64,000 bases of DNA from Escherichia phage TH09, in the sequence record MT446387.1. One strand, 5' to 3'. The notes below the pieces were generated by a model. The model saw only the letters and a list, made by a program, of their open reading frames with translations, searched no databases and was not told where the DNA came from. This document shows, piece after piece, positions 32,901 to 44,351 of this stretch; position 1 is the stretch's first letter, and every line of letters begins with the position of its first letter. The translations under genes and the position numbers were made by a program.

Positions 32901-34994
32901 ATGGAACTTATTACAGAATTATTTGACGAAGATACTACTCTTCCGATTACAAACTTAAATCCAAAGAAGAAAATACCGCAAATTTTTTCAGTTCACGTTG
33001 ATGATGCAATTGAACAGCCAGGCTTTCGTTTATGCACCTATACATCTGGAGGTGATACTAATCGCGATTTAAAGATGGGCGATAAAATGATGCATATTGT
33101 TCCTTTTACATTAACTGCTAAAGGTTCAATTGCTAAATTAAAAGGTCTTGGTCCAAGCCCAATTAATTATATCAATTCAGTTTTTACTGTTGCAATGCAA
33201 ACTATGCGTCAGTATAAAATTGATGCCTGTATGCTCCGTATTCTTAAGTCTAAAACCGCTGGTCAAGCTCGACAAATTCAAGTTATTGCTGATAGACTTA
33301 TCCGTAGTCGTTCAGGTGGTAGATACGTCCTTCTTAAGGAACTCTGGGATTACGATAAAAAGTATGCATATATTCTTATACATCGCAAAAATGTATCACT
33401 AGAAGACATTCCAGGAGTTCCGGAAATTAGTACCGAGCTCTTTACTAAAGTTGAATCAAAGGTCGGTGATGTTTATATCAATAAAGATACTGGAGCTCAA
33501 GTAACTAAAAATGAGGCAATTGCTGCATCTATTGCGCAAGAAAACGATAAACGTTCTGACCAAGCTGTAATCGTTAAAGTTAAAATTTCCCGTAGAGCAA
33601 TTGCACAAAGTCAATCATTAGAATCTTCTAGATTTGAAAGTGAATTATTCCAAAAGTATGAATCTACCGCAGCTAATTTCAATAAACCTGCTACGGCTCC
33701 TTTAATTCCCGAAGCAGAAGAAATGAAGCTTGGAATTAATTCATTAGCTTCTAAAACTAAAGCAGCAAAAATCATTGCCGAAGGAACTGCAGATGAACTT
33801 CATTATGACTATAAATTCTTTTCAAAAAGTGAGGTTAATGAAGTTTCTGAAAAAATTAAAGATGTAATTCTTAATGCGATTAAAAATGAACCAACTACTT
33901 CAATAAAATGTTTAGAGAAATACGCAGCAGCTGTAAATCAATTCTTTGAAGATTATAAAGATAAATGGCTTGCTAATCATAATAAAAATCGTAAAGGACA
34001 ACCAGATGAAGTCTGGGAAGAAATAACTAAAAATTCCTGGAACGCAGCAAAAACTAAATTCCTCAAACGAATGATTTACAGTTTTTCTGGAATTGGTGCT
34101 GGTCCAATGATTGATATTACTATTGCCCGCGATGGTTCTAAATATACTCCATCACAAAAGCGTGGCATTAGAGAATATTGCGGTTCAGGATATACTGACA
34201 TCAATAATCTTCTTTTAGGTCGTTACAATCCAGAACGATATGATGTAATGAGTGAAAAAGAAATTGAATCTGCTATAAATAACTTAGATTCAGCTTTTGA
34301 AAATGGTGACCGCATACCGGAAGGCATCACAGTTTATCGTGCTCAAAGTATGACTGCTCCTATATACGAAGCACTAGTTAAAAATAAAGTGTTCTATTTC
34401 AGAAATTTTGTATCTACTTCTTTAACTCCTATCATTTTTGGACGTTTTGGAATTACACATGCTGGTATTGGTCTTTTAGAACCAGAAGCTCGTAATGAAT
34501 TGACAGTTGATAAAAATGAAGAAGGAATAACTATTAATCCAAACGAAATAAGAGCGTATAAAGAAAATCCTGAATACGTTAAAGTTCAAATAGGATGGGC
34601 AATTGATGGAGCTCATAAAGTTAATGTTGTATATCCAGGAAGTCTCGGAATAGCAACAGAAGCTGAAGTTATTCTACCGCGCGGATTGATGGTCAAAGTT
34701 AATAAAATAACTGATGCTTCTAATAATGACGGAACCACGTCTAATAATACAAAACTCATTCAAGCTGAAGTTATGACCACGGAAGAGCTCACCGAATCGG
34801 TAATCTATGATGGAGACCATTTAATGGAAACCGGCGAAGTAGTTGCAATGACAGGTGATATTGAAATAGAAGACAGAGTTGACTTTGCATCATTTGTTTC
34901 ATCAAATGTTAAACAAAAAGTAGAATCATCTCTTGGAATTATTGCGTCTTGCATAGATATTACAAACATGCCTTACAAGTTCGTTCAAGGATAA
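32901..34994 (+). CDS. alt: Alt-like mono-ADP-ribosyltransferase, copy 1 (697 aa)
   Basis: N-terminus MELITELFDEDTTLPITNLNPKKKIPQIF; R-S-E type ART motifs VYRAQ, FVSTSL, EAEVIL; conserved C-terminal DGDHLMETGEV; I recognise the family but not which copy is T4 alt. Confidence 0.8.
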   Translation: MELITELFDEDTTLPITNLNPKKKIPQIFSVHVDDAIEQPGFRLCTYTSGGDTNRDLKMGDKMMHIVPFTLTAKGSIAKLKGLGPSPINYINSVFTVAMQTMRQYKIDACMLRILKSKTAGQARQIQVIADRLIRSRSGGRYVLLKELWDYDKKYAYILIHRKNVSLEDIPGVPEISTELFTKVESKVGDVYINKDTGAQVTKNEAIAASIAQENDKRSDQAVIVKVKISRRAIAQSQSLESSRFESELFQKYESTAANFNKPATAPLIPEAEEMKLGINSLASKTKAAKIIAEGTADELHYDYKFFSKSEVNEVSEKIKDVILNAIKNEPTTSIKCLEKYAAAVNQFFEDYKDKWLANHNKNRKGQPDEVWEEITKNSWNAAKTKFLKRMIYSFSGIGAGPMIDITIARDGSKYTPSQKRGIREYCGSGYTDINNLLLGRYNPERYDVMSEKEIESAINNLDSAFENGDRIPEGITVYRAQSMTAPIYEALVKNKVFYFRNFVSTSLTPIIFGRFGITHAGIGLLEPEARNELTVDKNEEGITINPNEIRAYKENPEYVKVQIGWAIDGAHKVNVVYPGSLGIATEAEVILPRGLMVKVNKITDASNNDGTTSNNTKLIQAEVMTTEELTESVIYDGDHLMETGEVVAMTGDIEIEDRVDFASFVSSNVKQKVESSLGIIASCIDITNMPYKFVQG

Positions 34995-34997
34995 ATC

Positions 34998-37055
34998 ATG
35001 GAACTTATTACAGAATTATTTGACGGCGCTTCGGCGCCGGTTGTTAACTTAAATCCTAAGCATAAAATACCGCAAATTTTTGCTATTCAAGCCGGCGAAG
35101 AAAGTGTGCTTCCTGGATTTAGATTTTGTACATACACCTCTGGCGGTGATACAAATAAAAACGTTAAGCCAGGCGATAAAATGATGCATATCGTAATGAT
35201 AGGTGTCAATGAGAAACTATCGCTCGTTAAACTTAAAAACTTGGGTGGAAATCCAATTGGTGTCATTAATGCGGTTTTTGATACTGCTCTTCAAACAATG
35301 AAACAGTATAAAATTGATGCATGCTTATTCCGCGTACTAAAGAGTAAAACAAATGGCGCAGCTCGTCAAATGCAAGTTATTGCTGACCGTTTAGTACGTA
35401 CTAAAGGAGCAGGTCGATATGCTCTTTTAAAGGAAATCTGGGATTACGATAAAAAGTATGCATATATTATGGTTTACCGTAAAAATGCCAATTTAGAAGA
35501 CATTCCAGGTGTACCTCCTATTTCAACTGAGTTATTCACAAAAGTTGAATCAAAGGTTGGTGATGTTTATGTAGACGTTAAAACAGGTAATGCTGTTCCT
35601 AAAGCTGTTGCTGTTGCTGCTTCTATTGCCTTAGAAAATGATAAGCGCACGGATCAAGCTGTTATTCAGAAAACTAAAATTAGTCGTCGATTAGCAGCAC
35701 AAGCTCAATATTCTACTGTTGATGCTTCACTTCAGGGTGATAGCTTCGCTGCTAAGAAATATCAAGAGTTTGAATCTAAAGTTCCGGTATATAAAGCAGA
35801 AGGACCAATGAACTCCGGGGTTATCCAGATTGGTTCAAACTTTAACAAAGGAGCTATCGGTGGTATGAGAAGTGCTTCTCGTTTTAAATCTAATGATTAT
35901 GAACTAGAAAGTTTCCGAAATCATATTGCATTAGCCCATGCGCGTTTACGTGATCCATCTATCAAGTTGCAGAGCGATATAACATATCAAGGTTCTCAAG
36001 AATATTTAAAGAATAAAGAATTCTTTGATTATAAAACTGATAAAATTTTAAGCGATCTTGCTGACATTAATATTTCTAATAGCTTTGATGTTATTAAGAA
36101 AATTATCAATGATTTAGTTAAAGGTTCTAAAGCTACACCAGATGAAAAGACAGCTATTATTCAATTTGTCATGAATGGCATTTATAAATTGATTAATGAA
36201 TCTGCCGCTCAGGCATATGAATACGCGAGCACCGAAGTAACTCCAAAAGGATTAACTCAAGCTGAATCTGATGTAATTGAAGATTATTGTGCAGATTCAT
36301 ATGTTGAAATGAACTCGTTCCTTTTGGGTAAACCAGATTCTACCCGCGAAGAATATATGGAACGAGCTATTAAACATATTGAGACGCTTGATTCTGCATT
36401 CGCTAAAGGTTCAGTTCTTCCTCCAGGAACTACACTTTACCGTGGACAAGAAGTTACATTTAAAACTTTGCGTCATAACATTGAAAACAAAATGTTCTAT
36501 TTCAAGAACTTCGTATCCACATCGCTTAAACCAAATATCTTCGGTGAGCATGGTAAAAACTATATGGCCTTAGATGATTCCGGCGCAGTATTTTCTGGTG
36601 AAGGAGAAGGTTCCGTTGATGCAGAAGATTTGATGCATATGGGTAGTCATTCTACATATGCTAGTGAAGATGCCGAAACTAGCGTGGGTATGGTAATTAA
36701 AGGAGCTGAGCGAATCAAAGTTATCGTTCCAGGTCATTTATCAGGATTTCCATCAGAAGCTGAAGTTATTCTACCACGTGGAATTTTACTGAAGATTAAT
36801 AAAGTAAGTACGTACTTTATGAAAGAAACTGCTTATAACAAGTATCTAATCGAAGGTACAATCGTTCCTCCTTCTGAACAATTAGAGGAATCAGTATATG
36901 ATGGCGACCATTTGATGGAAACTGGTGAAGTTCGTCCAATGACTGGATTTAATCAATTCCTTGTCGAAGAATCAAAAGAAGAGGAAAACGAAGTTTCTCA
37001 AATCTTAGCTTCTTTGGTTAACATTAACGGAATGTCTAAAAAGTTCAAAATGTAG
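34998..37055 (+). CDS. Alt-like mono-ADP-ribosyltransferase, copy 2 (685 aa), tandem paralog
   Basis: Same N-terminal 200 aa architecture as copy 1 (MELITELFDG...), diverged middle, same ART motifs LYRGQ, FVSTSL, EAEVIL and DGDHLMETGEV. Confidence 0.8.
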   Translation: MELITELFDGASAPVVNLNPKHKIPQIFAIQAGEESVLPGFRFCTYTSGGDTNKNVKPGDKMMHIVMIGVNEKLSLVKLKNLGGNPIGVINAVFDTALQTMKQYKIDACLFRVLKSKTNGAARQMQVIADRLVRTKGAGRYALLKEIWDYDKKYAYIMVYRKNANLEDIPGVPPISTELFTKVESKVGDVYVDVKTGNAVPKAVAVAASIALENDKRTDQAVIQKTKISRRLAAQAQYSTVDASLQGDSFAAKKYQEFESKVPVYKAEGPMNSGVIQIGSNFNKGAIGGMRSASRFKSNDYELESFRNHIALAHARLRDPSIKLQSDITYQGSQEYLKNKEFFDYKTDKILSDLADINISNSFDVIKKIINDLVKGSKATPDEKTAIIQFVMNGIYKLINESAAQAYEYASTEVTPKGLTQAESDVIEDYCADSYVEMNSFLLGKPDSTREEYMERAIKHIETLDSAFAKGSVLPPGTTLYRGQEVTFKTLRHNIENKMFYFKNFVSTSLKPNIFGEHGKNYMALDDSGAVFSGEGEGSVDAEDLMHMGSHSTYASEDAETSVGMVIKGAERIKVIVPGHLSGFPSEAEVILPRGILLKINKVSTYFMKETAYNKYLIEGTIVPPSEQLEESVYDGDHLMETGEVRPMTGFNQFLVEESKEEENEVSQILASLVNINGMSKKFKM

Positions 37056-37108
37056 TTTACAAGTCCCTCGTGTTGTGTTATAGTAATCTTACTGACATAA
37101 CATGAGGA
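37055..37108 (+). repeat. 54-bp early promoter/leader cassette, copy B (identical to 21308-21361)
   Basis: Perfect 54/54 identity with copy A; begins at the stop codon of Alt-like copy 2. Confidence 0.9.
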
Positions 37109-37115
37109 ACACAAA

Positions 37116-37406
37116 ATGAAATCTTCTTTGCGCTTTTTAGGTCAAGAACTTGTAGTTGAAGGCGTTATTCCTGCTGATAATGCTTTTAATGAAGCAGTTT
37201 ACGATGAATTTATCAAAATTTTTGGAACAGATAAAAAGTTCGGAATTTTTCCTTCTGAAAATTTTTCAAAGCCAGAACAGACTGAAAGCATTTTCCAAGG
37301 TGTAGTAACAGGTAAATTTGAGTCAGAAGCTCCGGTAAAAATTGAAGTTTATATTGAAGACAGTTTAGTTGCTTCAGTTGCTGCTTTTATTTCATTCCGT
37401 AAATAA
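37116..37406 (+). CDS. Hypothetical protein (96 aa)
   Basis: ORF track; driven by repeat copy B; ends at a bidirectional terminator. Confidence 0.55.
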   Translation: MKSSLRFLGQELVVEGVIPADNAFNEAVYDEFIKIFGTDKKFGIFPSENFSKPEQTESIFQGVVTGKFESEAPVKIEVYIEDSLVASVAAFISFRK

Positions 37407-37412
37407 AAATAT

Positions 37413-37430
37413 GGGGACCTTTCGGTCCCC
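37413..37430. terminator. Bidirectional terminator between convergent genes
   Basis: GGGGACC-uuuc-GGUCCCC flanked by A/T-rich runs on both sides. Confidence 0.75.
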
Positions 37431-37434
37431 ATTG

Positions 37435-38400
37435 TTATATTGCTCCTAATATTTTACTTTGCGAGTTGACAATTCCCGTCATAGTATTAATGTTTGAAAT
37501 GCTTCCAGCAGTTCCTCCTAATCTACTAAGTCGTGAAAGCGAATTAGATAATCCAGTAACACCTCCACTATTTCCGAGAACACTTTGAATGCCATTTATA
37601 GCAGCAGATTCAAGCCACTCAAGCGCAGCTTGTCTATCAACCGACCCAGCCTGCATGACTCTATACGCAAAAGTAACATCAAATGTAGTTATTTGGTTAT
37701 CTCCATCATATGATAACTCAGGAGCGCTCACTGACACTGGAATGCATCCGGTGAACATCACCGCAGTATGAGGTAATCCATTACGAGCATGAAGATTAAC
37801 CTGAATATCTGCCTCGACATCCTGTGGCAAAGCACGCAATCCAGTTACTGGGTCTTGAACAGAGTTAACCCAGTCTTGCATTGCACGATAGTTACAAGCT
37901 TCTGAATCCATTCTAAATGAAATAACCAAAGGGTCTAATTCTCTTCCGGTTATACGAATATTAGGAGAATTATAGTTCCAGTCAGTTTCATAAGATAATC
38001 TATTCTCTGGCATTTTTACAGAGTATATCATCAATCCAGATGAGTTATATGCCATGTTAAAGAAGTCAATTAAATATGTACCAACTGTAAATGAGCCCAA
38101 TAAACTTTGAACTGTACGTTGACTCATGGCACCAATAAGATATTTACTAACCCCTGATTTTCTTATCAGTTTTTGTGTGCCAGCAGTAATTAGCGTGGTA
38201 ATTCCCTGATTAATATCGCCTTGAGACAATCCTAACCAGTCTGAATTTAGACCCAAGTTATTATAAGAAAAGTTGCTAATTGAACTTATCAACGAAGAGC
38301 TTTTAGTTGATGGAGTTGTCGCAAAAACGCAGCTAAACATATTATTACGTTGGAAATCTGCGTTTATTGCTTGATTATTAAATTCCTCTAAAGAATACAT
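37435..38400 (-). CDS. 54: Baseplate tail-tube initiator gp54 (321 aa)
   Basis: Size and synteny as T4 gp54. Confidence 0.85.
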   Translation of the reverse strand: MYSLEEFNNQAINADFQRNNMFSCVFATTPSTKSSSLISSISNFSYNNLGLNSDWLGLSQGDINQGITTLITAGTQKLIRKSGVSKYLIGAMSQRTVQSLLGSFTVGTYLIDFFNMAYNSSGLMIYSVKMPENRLSYETDWNYNSPNIRITGRELDPLVISFRMDSEACNYRAMQDWVNSVQDPVTGLRALPQDVEADIQVNLHARNGLPHTAVMFTGCIPVSVSAPELSYDGDNQITTFDVTFAYRVMQAGSVDRQAALEWLESAAINGIQSVLGNSGGVTGLSNSLSRLSRLGGTAGSISNINTMTGIVNSQSKILGAI

Positions 38401-39494
38401 TAAAAAGTCCCCGCATATAAAGAAGCACGGTTTAACGTGATAATTTCTCTCATAGTAATCTCGAGAGTAAATGTACTAGGGAGGTTTGGAGCAATAGCTA
38501 ATCCGTTAAAGTTACCATTAGGCGTTTTATCAAATCTAATGCTTTGTATTTGGCATGGACCAAATATTTCCGTTTTTCCATCAAACTTAGATGTTGCACC
38601 AAAGTTTTTCACCATCCAAATTGTCGGGTTTGAAACTACTAGAACGTTAGTTAAACTCGATGTCATTTTCTCAAATAGTGTTTTATTTTTAGCTGCGTCT
38701 TCCGGAGATAAAGGTTCAATTAACGTAGAACGATACCAATCATCTAAATACCCCTTTATTTCAGCAGCATATTGAGATTTACCAGTTTCACCATAAGAAA
38801 AATAGTTAAAATATTGATAGATATTAATAATAGCCATTAAATCTTCTGTTGAACGTGGAGTCAAATCCCAAGTAAACACTTTAGTTCTATTTTCAGCACC
38901 ACCATACATACTTCGAGCCGTAGTGTATATTTGTTCATTATTATCAGCCATTATACCTTGTGTTATACTTTCCAGTGCTCCAAATACTGCAGTTGAAGCA
39001 ATATTACTTAGCACACCAGTAGCAGTACCTCCGCCTCTGCTGATAAGACTTTCTTGAACATCATTAAATCTATGTGATGATGTATCAACATCGGATTTAG
39101 ATCTTGGTAAAAGAATATTTGCAACAGGGGCTTTACTTATTGTTCCTGAATTATTATCTGATATTAATCCATTTGACAGTTTTGATACTGTATTACTGAT
39201 AGTGTTTCTGGCTGTACGTAAAATACTCGAAGATGAAGAAGAGTAGTTAGATCTCATCGATCTAAGACTTCCAGAATCCCTAGATGACATATTGTATGCA
39301 GTAAATAATAATCCATTCTTATATAGATCTGTTACCTGGAAGTCCCCTGTAGTGTCATTACCACTAGCACGCCCAGTTGGAAACTGGGCTGTGTATGTTT
39401 TAGTTCCTACTTCTGATTTAGTACTCTGTCCGGCTGAAATTTTCTCACCGGACTTTTTAATTAAATCAGCAGTTATTTCTTTAACAATTGCCAT
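38400..39494 (-). CDS. 48: Baseplate tail-tube cap gp48 (364 aa)
   Basis: Size and synteny as T4 gp48. Confidence 0.85.
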   Translation of the reverse strand: MAIVKEITADLIKKSGEKISAGQSTKSEVGTKTYTAQFPTGRASGNDTTGDFQVTDLYKNGLLFTAYNMSSRDSGSLRSMRSNYSSSSSSILRTARNTISNTVSKLSNGLISDNNSGTISKAPVANILLPRSKSDVDTSSHRFNDVQESLISRGGGTATGVLSNIASTAVFGALESITQGIMADNNEQIYTTARSMYGGAENRTKVFTWDLTPRSTEDLMAIINIYQYFNYFSYGETGKSQYAAEIKGYLDDWYRSTLIEPLSPEDAAKNKTLFEKMTSSLTNVLVVSNPTIWMVKNFGATSKFDGKTEIFGPCQIQSIRFDKTPNGNFNGLAIAPNLPSTFTLEITMREIITLNRASLYAGTF

Positions 39495-39502
39495 ATTATT
39501 CC

Positions 39503-41275
39503 TTAATTAACCCCAGTCGCATCAAATACACCAGGAGCAGTTGTGCTTGTGACAGGTGTCATATTATGAACGACAGTATTTTTCTTAATAACATTATTAG
39601 TATTGTTGATTGAAGGAGATGCTTGTTGAACAGGAGCTTGCTGTGCTTTGTTCTTTTCTATTACCTGGACTTGTTTTGCTTCTGGCGATTTAGCAGAAGT
39701 TTCAGGTTTGGCATTAGGCTGATTTTTCTTGAGCTCTTGATAAGTAGCATCAATTTTAGAAAATCTAGCAGCAAGTTCTTTTTTAACTGCCGGTGAATTA
39801 TTTAAATCCGGGTCATCCATCCGTTTTTTAAGGTCTTCATAGGCAGATTCAACAGATTTAACCGTTGAGTCTTTACTCATATCAGCTGAATCAGCATATT
39901 TTTCAAAGCGAATCATTGCGGCACGGGCTTCATTAGCCTTCATTAAAGCATTTTTTCTTTCTTCAGGTGAAAGTTGCTTTAATTTTTCTTCTTCTGCTGC
40001 ACGTTCTTCGTCGGTAGTCAGTGCTTCTTTATTATCTACACCACGAATCCAATTAGATGCACGAGTTTTCCAATTAGCAATTTTATCTAATCCTTTTGCT
40101 ATCGGACCAAGGTCTCCGTTCATTCGTTTATCTTGATAATTTGCAACTTTTTCCTGGTCTTCTTTATTGAGAGATGCTCCAGTAGAATTTTGGAAATTTT
40201 CTAATGCTCTTCCTTCTACTTCATCAGCAGTATCCTTCATACCAGGAATGACTCGAAGAATTGCTGCAGATAATTTAGCCATACCTAATTGAATAAGTTC
40301 ACCTAAATTAAAAAGAACACTTCCGAGTCCTTCAACAATAGCTGCTGTCAATCCACCCCAATCTCCCGCTTCCCAAAGTTGTTTAATTTTATCAATAGAA
40401 TCAAAGATGCTCTGTAATAAAGGACCCCATGTTCCGGTTTCGCTAGAGAATTTAGTAAAGTCAGTATTAAATAAATCCCAGGCTTTTGAAAATTTATCTG
40501 ACCAGTATTTAAAATGAACCATCAACAGGTCTATTCCAACAACAACAGCCAATATCATTGCAGTCATTTTAGCAGCTTCAATAGCAGCACTGATGGTGTA
40601 CTTAAATAACATGCTTGATATTTTATCAGTAATTGAAATGGATTTTTTAAATCCGAAATCAACAGTCTTCGTTAATTTATCTAAAGCTTGAGATAATTTT
40701 AAGTTAAATGCTTCTTTTTTCTGTTTTTCTTCTGGCGATTCTTGTTTGGGTTCAACTGGCTGAGGGGTAGGGAAAAAATCAGCGTCAGGATCATTATTAA
40801 CTGCTTCAGGGGCCGGTAATAAAGGACCCACAGATTCAGCTGTATCATCCTCAACAACTTTAACAGGAATAGCGCTTTCAACCGTGGCTAAACTGGTTCC
40901 TGTTTGTTGAATTCCAGCTGTCTGAATTTTTTGTTCTAATAAACTCGTTAATTTATCTAATTTGCTTCCGAGTGATTCACCAATTTCTTTATTAATATTG
41001 TTGCCAATTTCGACAGTTTCAGCAATTAACTCAGAACCGGCAGTAGTATCACTCACTGCGCTTTCTACGTTATCAATTGCTCCAATTATTTCATTCGATT
41101 TTTCTTCGACAGTTTGAGCTATTAATTCAGAGGCAGCTTGAGCATCATCCAATTTCGTAGATATATCGTTAAGTCCAGATAAAGTGTTGGAAGCGGATTT
41201 AGCCGCTTCCTGTGTTGGTTTATTATCTGAAATAACTTTTCTACGCATCGTTTGCATTTCTTGTGGCTTTTTCAT
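39503..41275 (-). CDS. 29: Tail tube tape-measure/hub protein gp29 (590 aa)
   Basis: 590 aa as T4 gp29; synteny. Confidence 0.85.
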   Translation of the reverse strand: MKKPQEMQTMRRKVISDNKPTQEAAKSASNTLSGLNDISTKLDDAQAASELIAQTVEEKSNEIIGAIDNVESAVSDTTAGSELIAETVEIGNNINKEIGESLGSKLDKLTSLLEQKIQTAGIQQTGTSLATVESAIPVKVVEDDTAESVGPLLPAPEAVNNDPDADFFPTPQPVEPKQESPEEKQKKEAFNLKLSQALDKLTKTVDFGFKKSISITDKISSMLFKYTISAAIEAAKMTAMILAVVVGIDLLMVHFKYWSDKFSKAWDLFNTDFTKFSSETGTWGPLLQSIFDSIDKIKQLWEAGDWGGLTAAIVEGLGSVLFNLGELIQLGMAKLSAAILRVIPGMKDTADEVEGRALENFQNSTGASLNKEDQEKVANYQDKRMNGDLGPIAKGLDKIANWKTRASNWIRGVDNKEALTTDEERAAEEEKLKQLSPEERKNALMKANEARAAMIRFEKYADSADMSKDSTVKSVESAYEDLKKRMDDPDLNNSPAVKKELAARFSKIDATYQELKKNQPNAKPETSAKSPEAKQVQVIEKNKAQQAPVQQASPSINNTNNVIKKNTVVHNMTPVTSTTAPGVFDATGVN

Positions 41276-41805
41276 TCAAATAATCCAATAATATTGCCAA
41301 TTCCGGTTATTGGACCATTAGGGCCAGGAATTGCTAAAGTTGTAAAAATATCATTTGCCCATTTTAAAACGAATGCTGGCATCTCAAGAAAATTAATTTC
41401 TTTAACTTCATCATTGACCTTAAGCAAGCATTTAGATAACATATCGCTCACCGTTAAAAATTGTTCAAATTTTCCAGGAGGTCTAAAATAAAATGTATTT
41501 CCTTGGTATTGAAATTCCAATCTTTGGCATACATAAACATCATTAATGTCATAAGTATAACCATCTATTTCTTTACGAGATTTAATCTTTCCATTAAATT
41601 CCAATAGATGAATAGAAACGAAATCAACTTCTGCCGGTGATAAATTCGGACAAATAGAATCAATAAGAAGTTTTAAATTTTCATCAGGACCTTTAACATC
41701 TTTTAAAATGTTATAGTGTTTAAGACCCATTTTAGGAATAGAAACTTCTTTATTGCTTATTGGAAGAACTACTTTCTTCAGTGGTAGTATCAGATTTAAA
41801 TTCAT
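41272..41805 (-). CDS. 28: Baseplate hub distal subunit gp28 (177 aa)
   Basis: 177 aa as T4 gp28. Confidence 0.8.
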   Translation of the reverse strand: MNLNLILPLKKVVLPISNKEVSIPKMGLKHYNILKDVKGPDENLKLLIDSICPNLSPAEVDFVSIHLLEFNGKIKSRKEIDGYTYDINDVYVCQRLEFQYQGNTFYFRPPGKFEQFLTVSDMLSKCLLKVNDEVKEINFLEMPAFVLKWANDIFTTLAIPGPNGPITGIGNIIGLFE

Positions 41806-42925
41806 TTTTAACCTTAACTGGGTCTATTGTTTCCAGTTTCGTTGCATTAGTGAACATATATAGATGAGTTACTGAATTATTATTGGATAATTCATGGATG
41901 ACTTCATCAACGTAAAATTCTGTTTTAAATTGGTTTTTACTATCATTAAAAATAATTTTAACGCCAGGAGTCAAGTTAAAATTACCGACAGTAGAACATT
42001 TAGCATAGCCATCGTATTGCGCCATAGTTTGAAGACGAATAGCTTCTTCATAGCCATTCCTATAAGTCATTTCAGAATAAGCACCTGACCTTGACACTAC
42101 AATAGAGTTTTCGCCCTTTCCCGTAGTAATCATTGGCAATGAAGAATCTAAAAATGAATGCGCATAGATAGTAGCATTTTTCATTGGGTCACGTTTGTGA
42201 GGATTCGATTTAGTCAACCAAACGAAATCATATGCTAATGGATATTTTAATTCTTGGATGAATTGACCTATTAAAGATGGCTCGCCGACAATCATTGGAT
42301 ATGGTTCTTGATTTATCATCATATCATAGTCCATCATGTTAACTCCCATGATGTCTTGCCATACAAATACAAATTTGTCGCTTCCTACAGCTAGAGCAAC
42401 TTCTCTTACATATGACAAATAGTTTTCAAATGTGCTAGTCCATGGAATATCAGGAACATAAGCATTTATAGCATTTATTGCTGGAGTTAATAATGTGCGA
42501 TCCTGATAAATGACACCAAGCATTTCTTTTATAGATTCACCTGCATCAGGGAAAAATGGTCTACCAAATTTAAGATTTTCTATAGAATGAATAGTTCCCA
42601 ATTCAATAGCAATGATGTTATCACCTTTTGAATCTACTGACACGGAAAAATGCTTGCATCCATAAATTCGTGTTTTAACATTATTAATATCGTTTGCATT
42701 AGCTACAGAAATTTGAATTATTTCATTTCCATCCATTTTTGTGTGGATATTTTTAGAATCATAAAACTGCAGCATTCCTTCATTTCGTCCATAAAGAGAA
42801 TCCCGCATAGTTAATGTGGTAATAGTAGCAGCTAATTCAACAAATCTATTATTACTCCAAGCGTCGTAGCTATCAAATAATTTAACGCTGAGATTTGGAT
42901 ATCCTGGGCGTTGCAACATACTCAT
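41750..42925 (-). CDS. 27: Baseplate hub subunit gp27 (391 aa)
   Basis: 391 aa as T4 gp27; overlaps gene 28 start by 56 nt. Confidence 0.85.
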   Translation of the reverse strand: MSMLQRPGYPNLSVKLFDSYDAWSNNRFVELAATITTLTMRDSLYGRNEGMLQFYDSKNIHTKMDGNEIIQISVANANDINNVKTRIYGCKHFSVSVDSKGDNIIAIELGTIHSIENLKFGRPFFPDAGESIKEMLGVIYQDRTLLTPAINAINAYVPDIPWTSTFENYLSYVREVALAVGSDKFVFVWQDIMGVNMMDYDMMINQEPYPMIVGEPSLIGQFIQELKYPLAYDFVWLTKSNPHKRDPMKNATIYAHSFLDSSLPMITTGKGENSIVVSRSGAYSEMTYRNGYEEAIRLQTMAQYDGYAKCSTVGNFNLTPGVKIIFNDSKNQFKTEFYVDEVIHELSNNNSVTHLYMFTNATKLETIDPVKVKNEFKSDTTTEESSSSNKQ

Positions 42926-43674
42926 TATTGTTTATCCTTCTCAATCAGTTTTAATACGAATCCGCGCTCAGCAGGAATCATTTTCATTATTGAATTTAAG
43001 CTATAATTACTTTTTACGAGCGTGTGATTGATTTGATAAAAAGTAAATATTTCATCTGGGTTAACTAATAGCTTAAACACATCTACTATATCAGTGTATT
43101 TTTTTACATACTTATTACAGCATGACATATGCAATGTTAAATTAATAGGATTCATTGCATCGAGAATTTTTTCTAATGTTTCTATCTCGATGGCATCAAC
43201 AAGTTCTATTTGACTTGATTCGCTAATTTCATTCCAATCATACCACATTTCATCTACTTGAACAGAATGAATATTTTCAGTAATCATCTTTGCTTTATTT
43301 TCATAAAACTCAGAAGGAAACTTTAATTTAATTTTAACATTAGCTACATCAAAAACAGGTTCCTTTAATTCTTTTTGATATATTTCAAATGGAACTGTCT
43401 TTTCTTTTTTACATTTTGGACATACAAATGTGACCGGTACTTTAGTTTTACCTATTGACCCTACAAATACCTGCAAAAATATAAATGGTTGCCAAGTCTT
43501 CGGATAGTCTCCAAAATAATCAGCAATTAAATCAGCAATTATTTCTTTTTGTTCTTGTGGTGACCGATGTTCTATATCGTTTCGAACTAACAAAAAATCT
43601 CGATAATCTTCTACCGTAAATGGTTTAAAACGATGAACACCATCTGGTAATTTACAACGAATAATGTTTGCCAT
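42925..43674 (-). CDS. 51: Baseplate hub assembly catalyst gp51 (249 aa)
   Basis: 249 aa as T4 gp51. Confidence 0.85.
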   Translation of the reverse strand: MANIIRCKLPDGVHRFKPFTVEDYRDFLLVRNDIEHRSPQEQKEIIADLIADYFGDYPKTWQPFIFLQVFVGSIGKTKVPVTFVCPKCKKEKTVPFEIYQKELKEPVFDVANVKIKLKFPSEFYENKAKMITENIHSVQVDEMWYDWNEISESSQIELVDAIEIETLEKILDAMNPINLTLHMSCCNKYVKKYTDIVDVFKLLVNPDEIFTFYQINHTLVKSNYSLNSIMKMIPAERGFVLKLIEKDKQ

Positions 43675-43691
43675 AGATGCTCCTTTTATTC

Positions 43692-43703
43692 TATTTATAA
43701 ATA
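43692..43703. promoter_or_regulatory. Overlapping divergent late promoters for gene 51 (minus) and gene 26 (plus)
   Basis: 12-mer tatttataaata: minus TATAAATA at 43692-43699, plus TATAAATA at 43696-43703. Confidence 0.7.
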
Positions 43704-43724
43704 TGATAAATAAAGGAGCTAAAT

Positions 43725-44351
43725 ATGTATGAATACAAATTTGATGTGAGAGTTGGTTCTAAAATAATCAACTGTCGCGCATTTACTCTTAAAGAATATC
43801 TAGAACTTATTACTGCTAAAAAGAACGGTTCAGTAGAAGAGATCGTTAAAAAGCTAATCAAAGAATGCACAAATGCAAAAGATTTAAACCGCCAAGAATC
43901 AGAACTACTATTGATTCATTTATGGGCACATTCTCTTGGAGAAGTTAATCACGAAAACTCCTGGAAGTGCACCTGTGGAACTGAAATACCAACCCATATA
44001 AATCTATTACATACACAAATAGATGCACCAGAAGACCTCTGGTATACACTGGGTGACATTAAAATTAAATTCCATTACCCTAAAATTTTTGATGATAAAA
44101 ATATAGCCCACATGATAGTATCATGTATAGAAACGATTCATGCTAACGGGGAAAGCATTCCAGTTGAAGACTTAAATGAAAAAGAACTGGAAGATTTATA
44201 TTCTATCATCACAGAGTCAGATATTGTAGCTATAAAAGATATGCTTTTAAAGCCTACCGTTTATTTGGCTGTTCCAATTAAGTGTCCAGAGTGTGGAAAA
44301 ACTCACGCTCATGTAATAAGAGGACTCAAAGAATTCTTTGAGCTATTGTAA
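43725..44351 (+). CDS. 26: Baseplate hub subunit gp26 (208 aa)
   Basis: 208 aa as T4 gp26; SD aaggag. Confidence 0.85.
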   Translation: MYEYKFDVRVGSKIINCRAFTLKEYLELITAKKNGSVEEIVKKLIKECTNAKDLNRQESELLLIHLWAHSLGEVNHENSWKCTCGTEIPTHINLLHTQIDAPEDLWYTLGDIKIKFHYPKIFDDKNIAHMIVSCIETIHANGESIPVEDLNEKELEDLYSIITESDIVAIKDMLLKPTVYLAVPIKCPECGKTHAHVIRGLKEFFELL

